Shown: positions 1 to 12,411, numbered from the stretch's first letter. The stretch: DNA of 32,920 nt from Octopus bimaculoides (GCF_001194135.2 NC_068992.1:20226887-20259806), one strand, 5' to 3'. Notes: generated by a model from the letters alone, not told the origin. Made by a program: numbers and translations.

Positions 1-25
1 CACACACACACAAACACACACACAG

Positions 26-58
<33 letters not shown>

Positions 59-634
59 CATATATATATATATGCACGGTAACTGAAACCGAAGCCACGT
101 GATGTCAAAACGATCTTCTTAAAACTAAATCCAACCCGCGATTATGTATAAATATTTTATATATCGTGAATCGTAGAGTCCTATTTAAAATGTAATTGTG
201 CTAAACACTATTCTCATTGACGCTTTTTTACAAAAGAAAACTCCTTAGATCTTGGCTCATATAATTTATTTGTTTTACATTACTTCATAAGTTAAACATA
301 TCTTTGGAAGTGAAGTACAATTTGAAGGCAACACTGATGCCAGAGATCAAAGACAAGCTTCTGTTCTCAAATTATAGCTTTCTCCTATAATAAATCAATA
401 AAAACTAGGCACGAGATTTGATGTCATTAGGATTGATATTTTACAGAGTATTAACCTCATTTATTTTAGGATATCGTTACATTATGCATTATATATAGAA
501 ACTACGTTTTCTTTCGGATCCATAAGGCCGTTTAACCGGTTTCCACACCGTACTAGCAAACGAAATCGCATTAGATCGAACAACAAGCTGTTGCTGAGCT
601 CAACGTACAGCGCTTTTTGTGATATTAGGGCAAA

Positions 635-793
635 AGCCAATTACTTCGTCACTAGTATTGAATGTTACTTTAGTTTATCGACACCAGATGGGTCTAAAAC
701 AACGTTAACTTCGGTGCAACATGGTCTGAGAATATAAACAGTCGTTCTGAGCATTTCGACCGATGTGGTAAAGACTCTTCCAGCTGCTGCCTT
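635..793 (+). mobile_element. Diverged SINE 3' fragment (same family as 10250, 10511, 15245, 15432, 18375)
   Basis: Shares the ordered motifs tttatcgac..., ttcggtg, gagaat, gagcatttcg and ends ccagctgctgcctt, like the other copies. Confidence 0.5.
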
Positions 794-1670
794 ACGATTA
801 ATATGTTTTTATCAATATATTTAGTTTCGTATATAATTGGTTATCTTCAGTGTCTACTCATATAAATAGGCCACAGGAAATATCACTAAAACAAAGTCCA
901 GATCCCTGCCTGTGAAATGACAAGACAAAGAGCTACTGAGAAATGAACATATATACTCCATAGTTTTACAAGTCCAAGCTACAAAGAAGCACAAATGCAG
1001 TGTTGATAACTAAAACACAGACTCAATAAACATCACATTTTGGAAACACAAATAACATAGATAGAACAATAAGATAATCTGAAAAATGAATTATTTGAAA
1101 GATTATAGTACGTACGTACGACTGCTATTGACAGACTTGACAAACGTAATCATAGCAAACAACCGATGATTATATTATTTTAAAGGGGACATGTGTATCA
1201 GTTTCTGTAAAAGTAATAATAGCTTGAATGTAAAACCAAAACAAAAAATTTCAAAAATAATTGAATTTTTATATAAGAATAAATATTACAAACTCCATGT
1301 AATCTCGTACATAGACCTCATAGTTGCTTATAACGTTGTCCAAATGTTTGTTAAAGATCTATCACTACCGCTTTACAAAAACATTTTACAGAAGGATTTT
1401 CGAATTTAGCAGCATAGCTCACGCTTCATAATCATGAAAATGCGTTTAGGTTTCTGTGAAAACATTCACAATCATAAGAAACTCTATTAACAAAACACGA
1501 GCAAATATCGCTGGAAATTACATACGTGTAGTATAAACACTTAAGTAATATAAACATTGAAAGTACTCAGTGGCCTATGTCTTGGCTCATTGAAAACATC
1601 ACACGAAACTAATATAGTCTATCAGACGATGATAATGATCATAATAATTATACTCTATATTTAAAAAAAA

Positions 1671-2272
1671 AACAGTCATTGGACTGCGGCAGTGGTGGAT
1701 CAGCAACTTGAAAGGTTTTAGTCGAAATAATAAACTCTAAGCTTCATTTTCTTCTTAAGTTTTGTACTTGATCTTTCGGTTAGTTCTACAGAACCACTAA
1801 GTTTCCGAACGGTGAAAGAGGGCAAACATAACACAAACACGCACACAAACACATAAGCATATAAACACACACACACACACACAATCACACACAAATTCAC
1901 GCACACACAGAGAAACATATACACACACAAAGGCATACACACAATTACACACACACACATTCCACACAATTACACACACACAGTCCACACAATTACGCAC
2001 ACATAGTCAACACAATTACACACACAGTCCACACAATTACACACACACACAGGCCACACAATTACACACACACAATCAAACACACAATTACACATACACA
2101 CAGATTTACAACGGGCTTCTTTCAGTTTCCGTCTACCAAATTCACTCACTCCACTTTGATCGGCCTGCGAGTATAGTAGGTGACACTTTCATAAGGTATT
2201 TTGGCAGTGGAACTCAACTCGGAACCCCGTGATTGAGAAAAAAATTCGTACAATACAGCCACAACTCTGCCT
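1671..2272 (-). mobile_element. Apparently full-length tRNA-derived SINE with an internal (GT)n-rich tract
   Basis: The minus-strand head ggcagagttgtggctgtattg...ggttccgagttgagttcc has A-box-like and B-box-like motifs. The body ...atttggtagacggaaactgaaagaagcccgt is followed by a GT-rich tract (1826-2104) and a 3' part ending ...ccgcagtccaatgactgtt. The head segment is shared with 18038-18140. Confidence 0.65.
1940..2102 (+). repeat. Minisatellite of CACACAATTA(CA)n-GTC units, 7 copies, inside the SINE
   Basis: Seven cacaatta cores about 20-24 bp apart. Confidence 0.85.
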
Positions 2273-2822
2273 TCACAAAAAAAGAAAAGAATACAAAATA
2301 AAAGGAAATACTACAATAATAACAAAATCATAATATATATTCAATAGAAGAAAAACTAATATCCAAGTAACAATTGAACATGACAGAGGCAACATCTTTT
2401 GGAATAGTGAATTGATTCATTGCGATATAATAAGCGCACATCTCGGTGATATTGTACTATCCAACTGCATTAATTATCTCCACACATTAATTCCCTTACT
2501 TTTACACTACTTTTTTGAGCTCTATGAGTTTTTTCAATCTATTCTTAGATTAAACATACACCCAGTACGTATGATAATGTCTACCTATACATACATAGGT
2601 AAGCTTGCGATCGGGTTACGAACGAAGAAAAATAATATTAGGAATACTGCGAGATAATTCCCAATTAATGGAAATGGAATCTGAAACTTCAGACGCTGCA
2701 GTACTATATTCTTTAAATAGATGTTGGGTAGGGATTTTCAAAACTATTCTGATCACACTTGATCAATACATCTATTATTTGAGAAGATGAAAACCCCCCC
2801 AGAAATGATATTAATGTACGAG

Positions 2823-2837
2823 TATTATTATTATTAC

Positions 2838-2923
<86 letters not shown>
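2823..2923 (+). repeat. (ATT)n microsatellite
   Basis: Read directly. Confidence 0.97.
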
Positions 2924-2926
<3 letters not shown>

Positions 2927-5675
2927 TTGTCATTGCTGTTGAGTTTGTTACTGTCATTGCACACACAGAGACGCAAACACATACTAAAAACACGCACAAA
3001 ATCACAGACACAAATGTATATATATATATATATATCATTACATAAAGGCAGTGACCTTTAAATCTTTTATTTGTACCCCCTGGGTGATGTAACTTTACAC
3101 GTGTTTTGGTGACATTGAACAAGTTATTCTCTATTAATGAGAAATATTTAATCAAAGGTAAATTTATACACGTCAGTTATATGGCTGTAAAATATTAATA
3201 TGTAAATAAGTTATTTCATGAAGCATATGTGTACACATTGATTACATTCGTTTACACTTCCTCCAGAAGTTATTGCAGAGAAACATTAGAAAACGTGTAT
3301 GGAGGGCACATGGTTAGTGTTTGTGATTATGTGGCTACGCCAACGTATCGTCGTGAAATGATTAAAGAATTCTCCCTGTTAATAATCACGTCTGAATATT
3401 TAGTAATACGTACATGTGTATATATATATATATATATATATAGATAGATAGATAGATATAGATATAGATATATATATATGCATATATATATATATGCATA
3501 TATATATATATATATATANNNNNNNNNNNNNNNNNNNNNNNNNNNNNNNNNNNNNNNNNNNNNNNNNNNNNNNNNNNNNNNNNNNNNNNNNNNNNNNNNN
3601 NNNNNNNNNNNNNNNNNNNNNNNNNNNNNNNNNNNNNNNNNNNNNNNNNNNNNNNNNNNNNNNNNNNNNNNNNNNNNNNNNNNNNNNNNNNNNNNNNNNN
3701 NNNNNNNNNNNNNNNNNNNNNNNNNNNNNNNNNNNNNNNNNNNNNNNNNNNNNNNNNNNNNNNNNNNNNNNNNNNNNNNNNNNNNNNNNNNNNNNNNNNN
3801 NNNNNNNNNNNNNNNNNNNNNNNNNNNNNNNNNNNNNNNNNNNNNNNNNNNNNNNNNNNNNNNNNNNNNNNNNNNNNNNNNNNNNNNNNNNNNNNNNNNN
3901 NNNNNNNNNNNNNNNNNNNNNNNNNNNNNNNNNNNNNNNNNNNNNNNNNNNNNNNNNNNNNNNNNNNNNNNNNNNNNNNNNNNNNNNNNNNNNNNNNNNN
4001 NNNNNNNNNNNNNNNNNNNNNNNNNNNNNNNNNNNNNNNNNNNNNNNNNNNNNNNNNNNNNNNNNNNNNNNNNNNNNNNNNNNNNNNNNNNNNNNNNNNN
4101 NNNNNNNNNNNNNNNNNNNNNNNNNNNNNNNNNNNNNNNNATATATATGATCGGTATATATCATCCATACTATTGAATATTACGTGTAAGCGTTGCTTCT
4201 GCCGTCTGCACATATCAAGATTAACTCGGGCAGCTCTATTCACTACTTTTATACTTCTAACAACCATCCATCTCTAGGAGGACAAAATGACCATGTGTCA
4301 GCTGTGTTGGTGTGAATGTATTGCATCCAAGACATACGTACTCGAAAAAATCAATTCAAACACGCTTTATTGATTGGCGATTTTATTGAATTTGCTTCTT
4401 TGATTCGTCGGTGATGTGAAGTTATTTGGTTAGTGACATCCTAAATTATTCACATTGAAGAAATGCTCATAGATTTATTGATATTGTCATTGAGACTTAG
4501 TAAGTTTCTATTAATTTCATTGGCCACAACTGTTTTTTCGAAAGAATTTCATCACTTTAGCGTTTGATTTATTCGACTTAACATTTATACCGTTTGTCTT
4601 ATTTTTCTTTCAATTGTTTTACTTTTTTAAACGGTTACTACTACTATTCAAAATTTACAGTTGTTTTCAAAGTTTCCATGAAATATAAATTTACTTTATT
4701 TCATGCATTCAAATACAATTCAGAAATGCCATCATACCTTATTGGCCATTCTTATACATCTGTGGTCTCGTCCTTAATAGAAATAAAATCAATAATCTAG
4801 ATTTGTTTAAAATTATTCAGGTTCTCGAAAATCACCAAGAATAGTAATCAGAAGCAAAAGTGAGCGAATGTTAATTGTGTGAAGAATTTCAAAAATATGT
4901 CACATGAATCAATTCCGTTTAAATTCCTGGGAAAGAGGTACTATACGAATGCTTATATATGTACTGATATATTCATATTCAATATAATACTATATATACA
5001 AAAAATTGCAGTACGATATATACAGTATAATATGCAATATACAGTGTTTAGTATGCGTTAGGATACATATGATCTAAACGTGTATCGTATTCTTGCAATA
5101 AGACTCCTGGAGATTACCTTATAACTCTCTACTTTGTTGCCTTCACTTATTGCTCTATGACGATATTATGGCTCAGGAAGACATTGTTTAGACAGTGCTA
5201 TTGTCGCCCATTCTTGTAAATTAGTGCTTAATTGATTAACGGCAAAAGAATGAGAAGCAAATTGCCTCTGAACTTTAAAAGATGTCCACAAATCTCAAAG
5301 GAAATAATGGTGGTATACTGTTGTGCAATATGATTGCTTTCTTGTTGGCATTAGGGCCTAAATATATAGAAAGCTGTTTTATTTTTTCCCAGAAAGTAAA
5401 GACAAAACCCCTAAAAAGGGGCTAATATCGTTCAACTGTGTTTGTATATATATATATATATNNNNNNNNNNNNNNNNNNNNNNNNNNNNNNNNNNNNNNN
5501 NNNNNNNNNNNNNNNNNNNNNNNNNNNNNNNNNNNNNNNNNNNNNNNNNNNNNNNNNNNNNNNNNNNNNNNNNNNNNNNNNNNNNNNNNNNNNNNNNNNN
5601 NNNNNNNNNNNNNNNNNNNNNNNNNNNNNNNNNNNNNNNNNNNNNNNNNNNNNNNNNNNNNNNNNNNNNNNNNNN

Positions 5676-5709
<34 letters not shown>

Positions 5710-7439
5710 GTATATATACACATGTATTTGTAATTATGAATGTCTGCATGTATGTGTGTGTTTGTGTGTATGTATGTATAGAAAACAACTACTCAATTGC
5801 CTATACATGGCACATTTCCATTACCATTGTATATATCACATGATATGCCGGACGGCATATAATACGTCTTCAAATGAAGTGAATTTAGGTTACATAGGCC
5901 GTGCTTTACCATTTGCCTTTAGATGTGCAGTTTGCTTATTGAATATTTTAGCGTACCATTTTGTTTTCATTTCCTAGCCACCCAACGATGCAGCGATGTA
6001 TTTATTTATGAAAACTTCAAATTACATTGACTTTGAACCTCTAATGGAATATTATATATTGTTTATCAATATTGTATCGATGATCAATATCTTATTGTTT
6101 ATCAATAATGTATTCTATGCGTTTTTATTCATAAAGATGAAACAACAACAACAAAAATGAAACGGAAAAAAATTGGAAAAAAAAAAGAGTTCTATATCAC
6201 AAATACCGTTTAGGTTTCTTTGTGTGGAAGAAAAAAAACGAACAACAATGAACATGGATATTTTCACTAATGTAATATATTAAGATATATCTATCAGATA
6301 AAGAAAGAAGCAACAGGTCAAAATAACATCGAGTGATATTGTTTTTAATGTTTTTTACGTACCTAAAAACTTACATTTTTCTTGTTTAGTTTTCATCTAC
6401 TAGACCATGTCTAATTAAATTTCTTTACCATATAAAAGCATTACATCGTTTGCACGCTTGCGTTTTAAAAATGCAGACAGTATTAATTATACTATGCAAA
6501 AATAAACACAAATTGTATTATTAAATGAACCGGTTAATTTCTTGTATAAAATTGCATTTCTTTCTCAATCACATTTCTGCGTGTCTCTGTCTCTCTCTCA
6601 TACACTCTTCTCCCCTCTTCTCTCTCTCTATTTCTCTTCATATATATATGTATATGCACAGATATATTTGTACATATATGTGCTTATGCGCTCACATATA
6701 CACACACACATATATTTATACGTAATTTCTTTAGTTTACATTTCAAGTGTTAGTCTTTCTTTTATTTTCCTAAGCGGGGCATTATCTATAATGTAATGTA
6801 TAGACATATAAAAAATAAATACGAGTATTAAAACAAGCGCAAATTAAATTAGCTCATTCGGCTGAAGGCGACCATTAATAAGTTGAAACAAATATTTATT
6901 TTTCCTTTATAAGTTTCATTATTTTTTTCGTGTAATTAACGCATTTTATCTGTTGGTTAATGATTTATAGTTTCAACGATGTTTATTTTTTTCTAATATT
7001 CACATACAGATTGAATTTCTTTTATAGATCTTCTGAAACTAGATAACTGATTTTAGTTTGTCGTTTGAATATATTTACTATATGATTCAACCTTTTATAT
7101 TTATAGGATACAGTAAAGTGATTTATACTATCCTTTTCAACGTTTGATGCACATTTCAATTAAATTATTATTTTATTGTAAACTCCGTATTATTTCATCG
7201 AAATACAACACGAATTGTCTGGGCAATAAAATAACATGGACTGATTTAGTTAATGCGTATAGAATTATGTGTTAATATGAAATTCTATTAAATATAATCC
7301 AATTGTTAAAATGAGTTTACGAGTATATATAACATAAATCTAGATAAAATTACTACACCGATTCAGATTATGCGCACAGTGACTTGGCAAAATATCTCCC
7401 TCACATACATACAACACATATACTATTCATCAATGTATG

Positions 7440-7589
7440 CTCTGACACACACATACGCACAAAAACACACACGCACAAACACACATGTGCGTGTGTGTCT
7501 ATGCAAGTATATACATATATGTCTGTGTATGTATATGTACACACATATATATATATATATATATGTATACATATATATATATGTATACA

Positions 7590-7629
<40 letters not shown>

Positions 7630-7700
7630 TACGTTTATATATGTGCGTGTGTGCATGTATGCGTATGTGTATATGTGTGCGCACGCATGTATGTATTTAT
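7440..7700. repeat. Mixed CA/TA/TG dinucleotide low-complexity tract (similar tracts at 1-75, 13705-13770, 24470-24545, 28205-28325, 29140-29335, 30425-30810, 32255-32475, 32890-32920)
   Basis: Read directly. Confidence 0.9.
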
Positions 7701-7739
7701 CATATTTTAATTGACAGATAATTTCAAATTTGATGCTTC

Positions 7740-9230
7740 AGTGTTTCCGGTTTTACCTTCGGGTAGGAATTTCACCTCCTTCTCGTATGTGATTCTTTTA
7801 CTCGGCATTTTGTGAGTTACTAGTTATTTATAAATTCCTTTCTTAACACAATGCTTCTTGCGAAGTTGATATACTTTTCCCTCTTTTCAGTCTCTCATAT
7901 ATTCATTCACTTCGGGTAGTGTTTTACGCACTTATTATATACTGCTAATTTCGCCACTGAATATACACATGCTGTGTATTTCGCTCTTTACTCTCTGATA
8001 GATATTGTCGAGGTGATACAATGTCACGCACTTAATAAAGCCTTCTGGACTGAGCCTATGCCTCTGTCTTCAAACATCTAGTTCGCGTAAACTCTGTTAG
8101 TGTCACTCTAGATGTGGAATCAACAGTCATTTTTTTTTATATCTCCCTAGACGTGGTGTCCGTGATTCAGAATTCTTCAAGTGCTCAATAAACCATCTAA
8201 CATGTTGGTGCAGATAATAACATCACGATGGCATTGTGAAATATGTTTGTATTAAATGCAGACATCTCTGACTTCCCTACCTTCCCAAGTTACCCGAAGC
8301 ATTCTTTTATCACAGTGTATTAACTTTCAGGGTCAACTTATGTTCTTTCTCATCGATTCCAAGGTATATGTAAATAATCATCACTGGAGATAAGGAAGTT
8401 AGACAGATTACTGGTGTCCATAATACTAGTCTCTTCGACAATTTTCCATCGTTTTCAATGTCACGTATGAATAATTATCGTGACCACTATCCATTCATGT
8501 ATCCTACGACAACGATATGATCAGTTCCAGCTGTCCCTTGGCATCGTGAATTCTACTCCCACACAGTTTGAAGTCATCAACAAAAAAAAAAGAAAGAAAA
8601 AGAAAAAGGGATGCGTGACACTACATTTTCTCATGTCGTGTAACATTTGTTTTACCTTAAAGGGCTGAAGAGCTCAATGTCACAATGAAAATCATTAGAA
8701 ATATAGTCACCCTAGAATATTTCTGTTGAGAGAGAAATCCTTCGCTTCATTGAATGATGTTGCTTTCAGTCTCTTCATTGTGGAGGAAACATGCGAAGGC
8801 CTTGTAACTCAGTTATCCATGAGTGAGAGAGATAAATACCTTCTTATGTGGTCAACAGATTTCGAAGCGTATCTTTCACTTCCATAAGTAAGGGCTTATT
8901 GATCAGGAGCTGCTCAACACAACCATACGCCCCATTTTTCTCTCTTGCCTTCTATTAATCATTGCGTCATGTTTTGCTGAAATCCTGAAGGAATACATTC
9001 AAGCAAGTAGTATAGCTGATACGTACACTCGTGAATGCTATGAGCCTGTAACCTTTAACAATATTTGTCTCATAGTTCTTAGCTGTCGATGTTCGATTTG
9101 CAATTGAGATGTGGTATTGCACATCAAATTATGTTATGTGTTCATTTTTTTTAACCGGATGATATGGGATCCCTACTGAACGTTAATAATCTGATGACCG
9201 ATCCTCAGGTTTCTCTTAAGTGATTTTGCA
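7740..9230 (-). mobile_element. Decayed non-LTR retrotransposon (R4/Dong-like, RLE class), reverse transcriptase and thumb region
   Basis: My manual minus-strand translation gives motifs in the correct order: GYRLIAF (~9020-9055, cf. NYRPIT); GAYGCVEQLLINK (8895-8933); SHSW; EIF*GD (8706-8723, cf. GIFQGD); FVDDFKL (VDD at 8573-8581, catalytic); YIYLGIDE (8349-8372, cf. YKYLG); KSEMSAFN..FHNAI (~8230-8275); FHI*SDTNRVY...DRGIGSV (~8045-8120, cf. LHPxSDxxRLYxxRxxGGRGL). There are many stops and frameshifts, and the boundaries are approximate. Confidence 0.85.
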
Positions 9231-9766
9231 TGACTAAACAATATATATGAATAGACGTATCCACATAATTGTGAATGCATGGTTATTTGAGAACCACACT
9301 ATGGTGGATCTAACAACGTTCATTAAGGCGCAGATAATTCCACATTTCATATATACTCTTCTTCGCGAACGTATAATCACTTACATCCAGACAACACCAA
9401 ATCTGCAGCACTGCATGAAACAGAGATCTCGCAAACATAACTGAACATGGTCATGCCATTGCTCTCACCCTCGAAGTTATAGAAAAATAAGCAGTCACTA
9501 CACATGCCAAGAATTTATTATTGCACTTCATCCTCTTAAAAGAGAAGCAACATAAAATTCTATGTCTCTCAAGAGCTCGAAAATACTTCGTGTCACACTC
9601 ACTGCAGATGTCTCCTGGCGACAACAAATCATCAATATAACAAATATGGCGAAAACCTAGGCTTCACTACTGGCATTTCACCTAAGTGACACGAAATATT
9701 CCATCTCTAACGTCCACCCAATAACAACAGTCTACAAGTCACATGCGAACTCACAACAGAGAATGA

Positions 9767-9820
<54 letters not shown>

Positions 9821-9994
9821 AAGAAGAAGAAGAAGAAGAAGAAGAAGAAGAAGAAGAAGAAGAAGAAGAAGAAGAAGAAGAAGAAGAAGAAAAAGAAGAA
9901 GAAGAAGAAGAAGAAGAAGAAGAAGAAGAAGAAGAAGAAGAAGAAGAAGAAGAAGAAGAAGAAGAAGAAGAAGAAGAACAACAACAACAACAAC
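9767..9994 (+). repeat. Compound microsatellite (AAT)17 - (AAG)~52 - (AAC)6
   Basis: Read directly; one AAA interruption near 9891. Confidence 0.97.
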
Positions 9995-10029
9995 AATACA
10001 AACATGAACAACAAGACAGCGAGCAAAAT

Positions 10030-10243
10030 GTTGGTAGCGGGAGACGAACCTTGCCCAAAAATTGGGGGGGGGGAAATTAAGATTAGATAAGTGTCTCCAC
10101 TCTGCTGAATCTGTAAGAGAGTGAACGAAAACATTGCTGATATACTGAAGGAATGCCCAAGACTTGCCCCCAAACCAATTTGTGGGAACAGGAAGAGGTA
10201 GTGAAAGTACTGCATGGGAAACTTTGTGAAAAGTTGGGTCTAG
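10030..10243 (+). mobile_element. Decayed R4/Dong-like retrotransposon fragment: CCHC zinc-knuckle region preceding the RLE endonuclease
   Basis: From 10094 it reads SPLC*ICKRVNENIADILKECPRLA, then after a frameshift EVVKVLHGKLCEKLGL. This matches the CxxC-x(7-8)-H-x4-C ... RHDxVxxxxHWxLCxKxGL pattern of R4-clade elements; here the knuckle His is replaced by Asp and an Arg codon appears to have become TGA. Confidence 0.75.
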
Positions 10244-10249
10244 TCATCT

Positions 10250-10405
10250 TCACCTACCCCAGCGCTCAACTAGAACTTATGACGTCAAGCCTGAGATGAT
10301 GAAAGCAACGTCTACCTCAGCAGATTTGAATTGAGAACGCAAGGACGGCAAAATGGCCGTATTCATTTTGTCCGGAGTGCTGAGGATTTTGTCAGCTAGC
10401 CGCCT
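10250..10405 (+). mobile_element. SINE 3' fragment with degenerate AAT/GAT tail (10406-10500)
   Basis: gatgaaagcaacgtctacctcagcagatttgaattgagaacgcaaggac...gtcagctagccgcct aligns by eye with the copies at 10511 and 15245. Confidence 0.65.
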
Positions 10406-10510
10406 CAATAATAATGATAATGATTATGATGGTGATCATGATGATTATAATACTGATGATGTGGATAATGATGATGATAATGAGGATATTGATAATGATT
10501 GTAAAAGTGT

Positions 10511-10715
10511 GGCACTAGGCCAACAAGTTCGGGTGGGGATGATAAATCGATTACATCGAACCCAGTGTTGAAATGCTAGTTATTTTATGTACCCCGAAGG
10601 GATAAAATGTAAAGTCATCCTCAGCGGAATTAGAACTCAGAGCACGAAGACAGAGATGAAATGTTGCTAAGCATTTTTTTCCGGTTTGTTCACGACTCCG
10701 CCAGCTTGCCGCTTC
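10511..10715 (+). mobile_element. SINE copy followed by a compound microsatellite tail
   Basis: ggcactaggcc...cgattacatcgaacccagtg...accccgaagggataaaatgtaaagtcatcctcagcggaattagaactcag...gctaagcat...gccagcttgccgctt, colinear with 15432-15650. Confidence 0.75.
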
Positions 10716-10717
10716 GG

Positions 10718-10757
10718 TGATGACGACGACGATGATGATGATGACGACGACGACAAC

Positions 10758-10803
<46 letters not shown>

Positions 10804-10895
10804 CTATTAACAACGTCAACAACAACAACAACACAATCATTAGCAACAACAACAACAACAAAAACATTAACAACAACAACGACAACAACACCAAC

Positions 10896-10950
<55 letters not shown>

Positions 10951-10986
10951 GTAATAATAATAATAATAATAGCAAAGATAATAATA
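10718..10986 (+). repeat. Compound microsatellite (GAT/GAC)n - (AAC)n - (AAT)n
   Basis: Read directly; lies immediately 3' of the SINE at 10511-10715. Confidence 0.95.
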
Positions 10987-11479
10987 AGCTAGTTTGTTGT
11001 CGAAGTATTTTTTATAACTAATTAATGAGGACTAGTTGTAACAACGCCTCCCATCTCTGTTATGAAATTTTCATAACAAAAACAAAATGTTATTTCTTTA
11101 CGTGTACTAAATATGCGTTACTGTTTTCTATTCTTCTATATATTACGCTACAGTTCTTGTTGTTGTTCCAAGCCATTATGGTAAATCCATAACCTTGTTA
11201 ATACGAACAAAACCTTCAATCGTCTCTCATCTTTGGTCTTGGTTTTCGGTATTAGAATTATTAGTGGCCGATCGATACACATTTTCTAGCATTTGGCAGA
11301 GTTCCACGCAGACGGAGACAAAGCCAGAGCAGTAGATGCTGCGAAATTGGTGTAGGGGAGAAATGATAAAGTAAGAATCTGCGAATATGCATTGTATGCT
11401 TATATTATCGCTTGTGGGTTCTTTCTGTTATACTTCTTATTGTCGTCCTTCATGTGTGTGTGTTATGTGTGAGTCTGAA

Positions 11480-11912
11480 TGTACTATGTTTCAACTTTGA
11501 CGTTATGAAGCATACATCCATAGTGAGTGAGTCATATAACGTCACAGGACTCGATGCCACAGTTGAACTTATTAAATTGAGTTAATAAGGAAACATAGGA
11601 TAGCGATACAGAATGGCTAAAGGATAGTAGGAGAGATGATGCGTAGATGTAAGTCATAAGTGTGTATGTTCAGAATCAGTTTATACTAGAACATAGTACA
11701 GCACAGACAGACAAGATATATGTGTGAGTCGTTAAAGGCAGTGGTGAAGTGTAAATGGAGTTTTTACAGTCTTAGTATCAGCCATTGTTAAATTAAGTCG
11801 ATTTTACTTTACGATGAATTGTAGCGGAATTTATGAATAAATCATATTAATTTATATATGCAACCGGGCAACTGAAATATGATGTATCATACATCTTTAT
11901 CTATCTTTCCAC
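11480..11912 (+). repeat. Unclassified diverged repeat, copy 1 (direct copy at 13778-14162)
   Basis: Colinear anchors shared with copy 2: tcaactttgac (11491/13790), taaattRagttaataag (11573/13871), ggagagatg, aagtcgattttac (11795/14060), ctatctttccac (11901/14151). Confidence 0.75.
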
Positions 11913-12291
11913 TTAAAAATGAACCTCACATTTAGCTTCGATATCTCTTTCTCTTTTTCTCTCTAATTCTTTCTCTCTAGATATATAAAACTCTCATGCC
12001 CTTTCCCCTCTATATAACGTAGGTAGGTTAAAATAAATACATTAACATTCCAAATCTATAAATGGTGTCTGATGGACATGCGGCTAAAAAGTGTCACGAA
12101 GACGCATTGGCTTTGACATACCCAAACAAACGGGGAAGGTACATTGTTGAACCTCAGTAATACAAAAGATAGCAGCAGAAAGACATTCAAGAGACATGGG
12201 TTCCATGCAGCCATTCTCCATCACTGCTGCAAGATAAACAACTATAATACTTCTTTGAAGAGGAGCGGTTTTCATCGTTTAAGCCATTGTA

Positions 12292-12411
12292 CAGGGTATG
12301 CACAAGGTCTGGGTACATGAAATAAATAAAATCATAATATAAACAATTAAATATCAGAAATAATAATTTCTTAGTGTTAATCACATGTACCCAGACTTTG
12401 TGGACACCCTA
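12292..12411. mobile_element. 120-bp MITE with 28-bp terminal inverted repeats and TA target-site duplication (Tc1/mariner superfamily type)
   Basis: The left TIR cagggtatgcacaaggtctgggtacatg (12292-12319) and the reverse complement of the right TIR (12384-12411), tagggtgtccacaaagtctgggtacatg, match at 24/28 positions. TA flanks at 12290-12291 and 12412-12413; the interior is AT-rich. Confidence 0.8.

Noticed and set aside
1940-2102. Regularly spaced repeat as a CRISPR-like array
   Set aside because: Spacers are (CA)n rather than unique sequences, the context is eukaryotic, and there are no cas genes.
2713-3155. Poly-N and poly-I ORFs
   Set aside because: Read-through of the (ATT)n tract.
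9732-11021. Poly-R, poly-S, poly-F, poly-D, poly-N and poly-L ORFs
   Set aside because: Translations of trinucleotide microsatellites and SINE tails; no splice or domain support.
11280-11378. GC-richer segment between acceptor-like and donor-like (GTAAG) sites
   Set aside because: All three frames hit stops before the donor.
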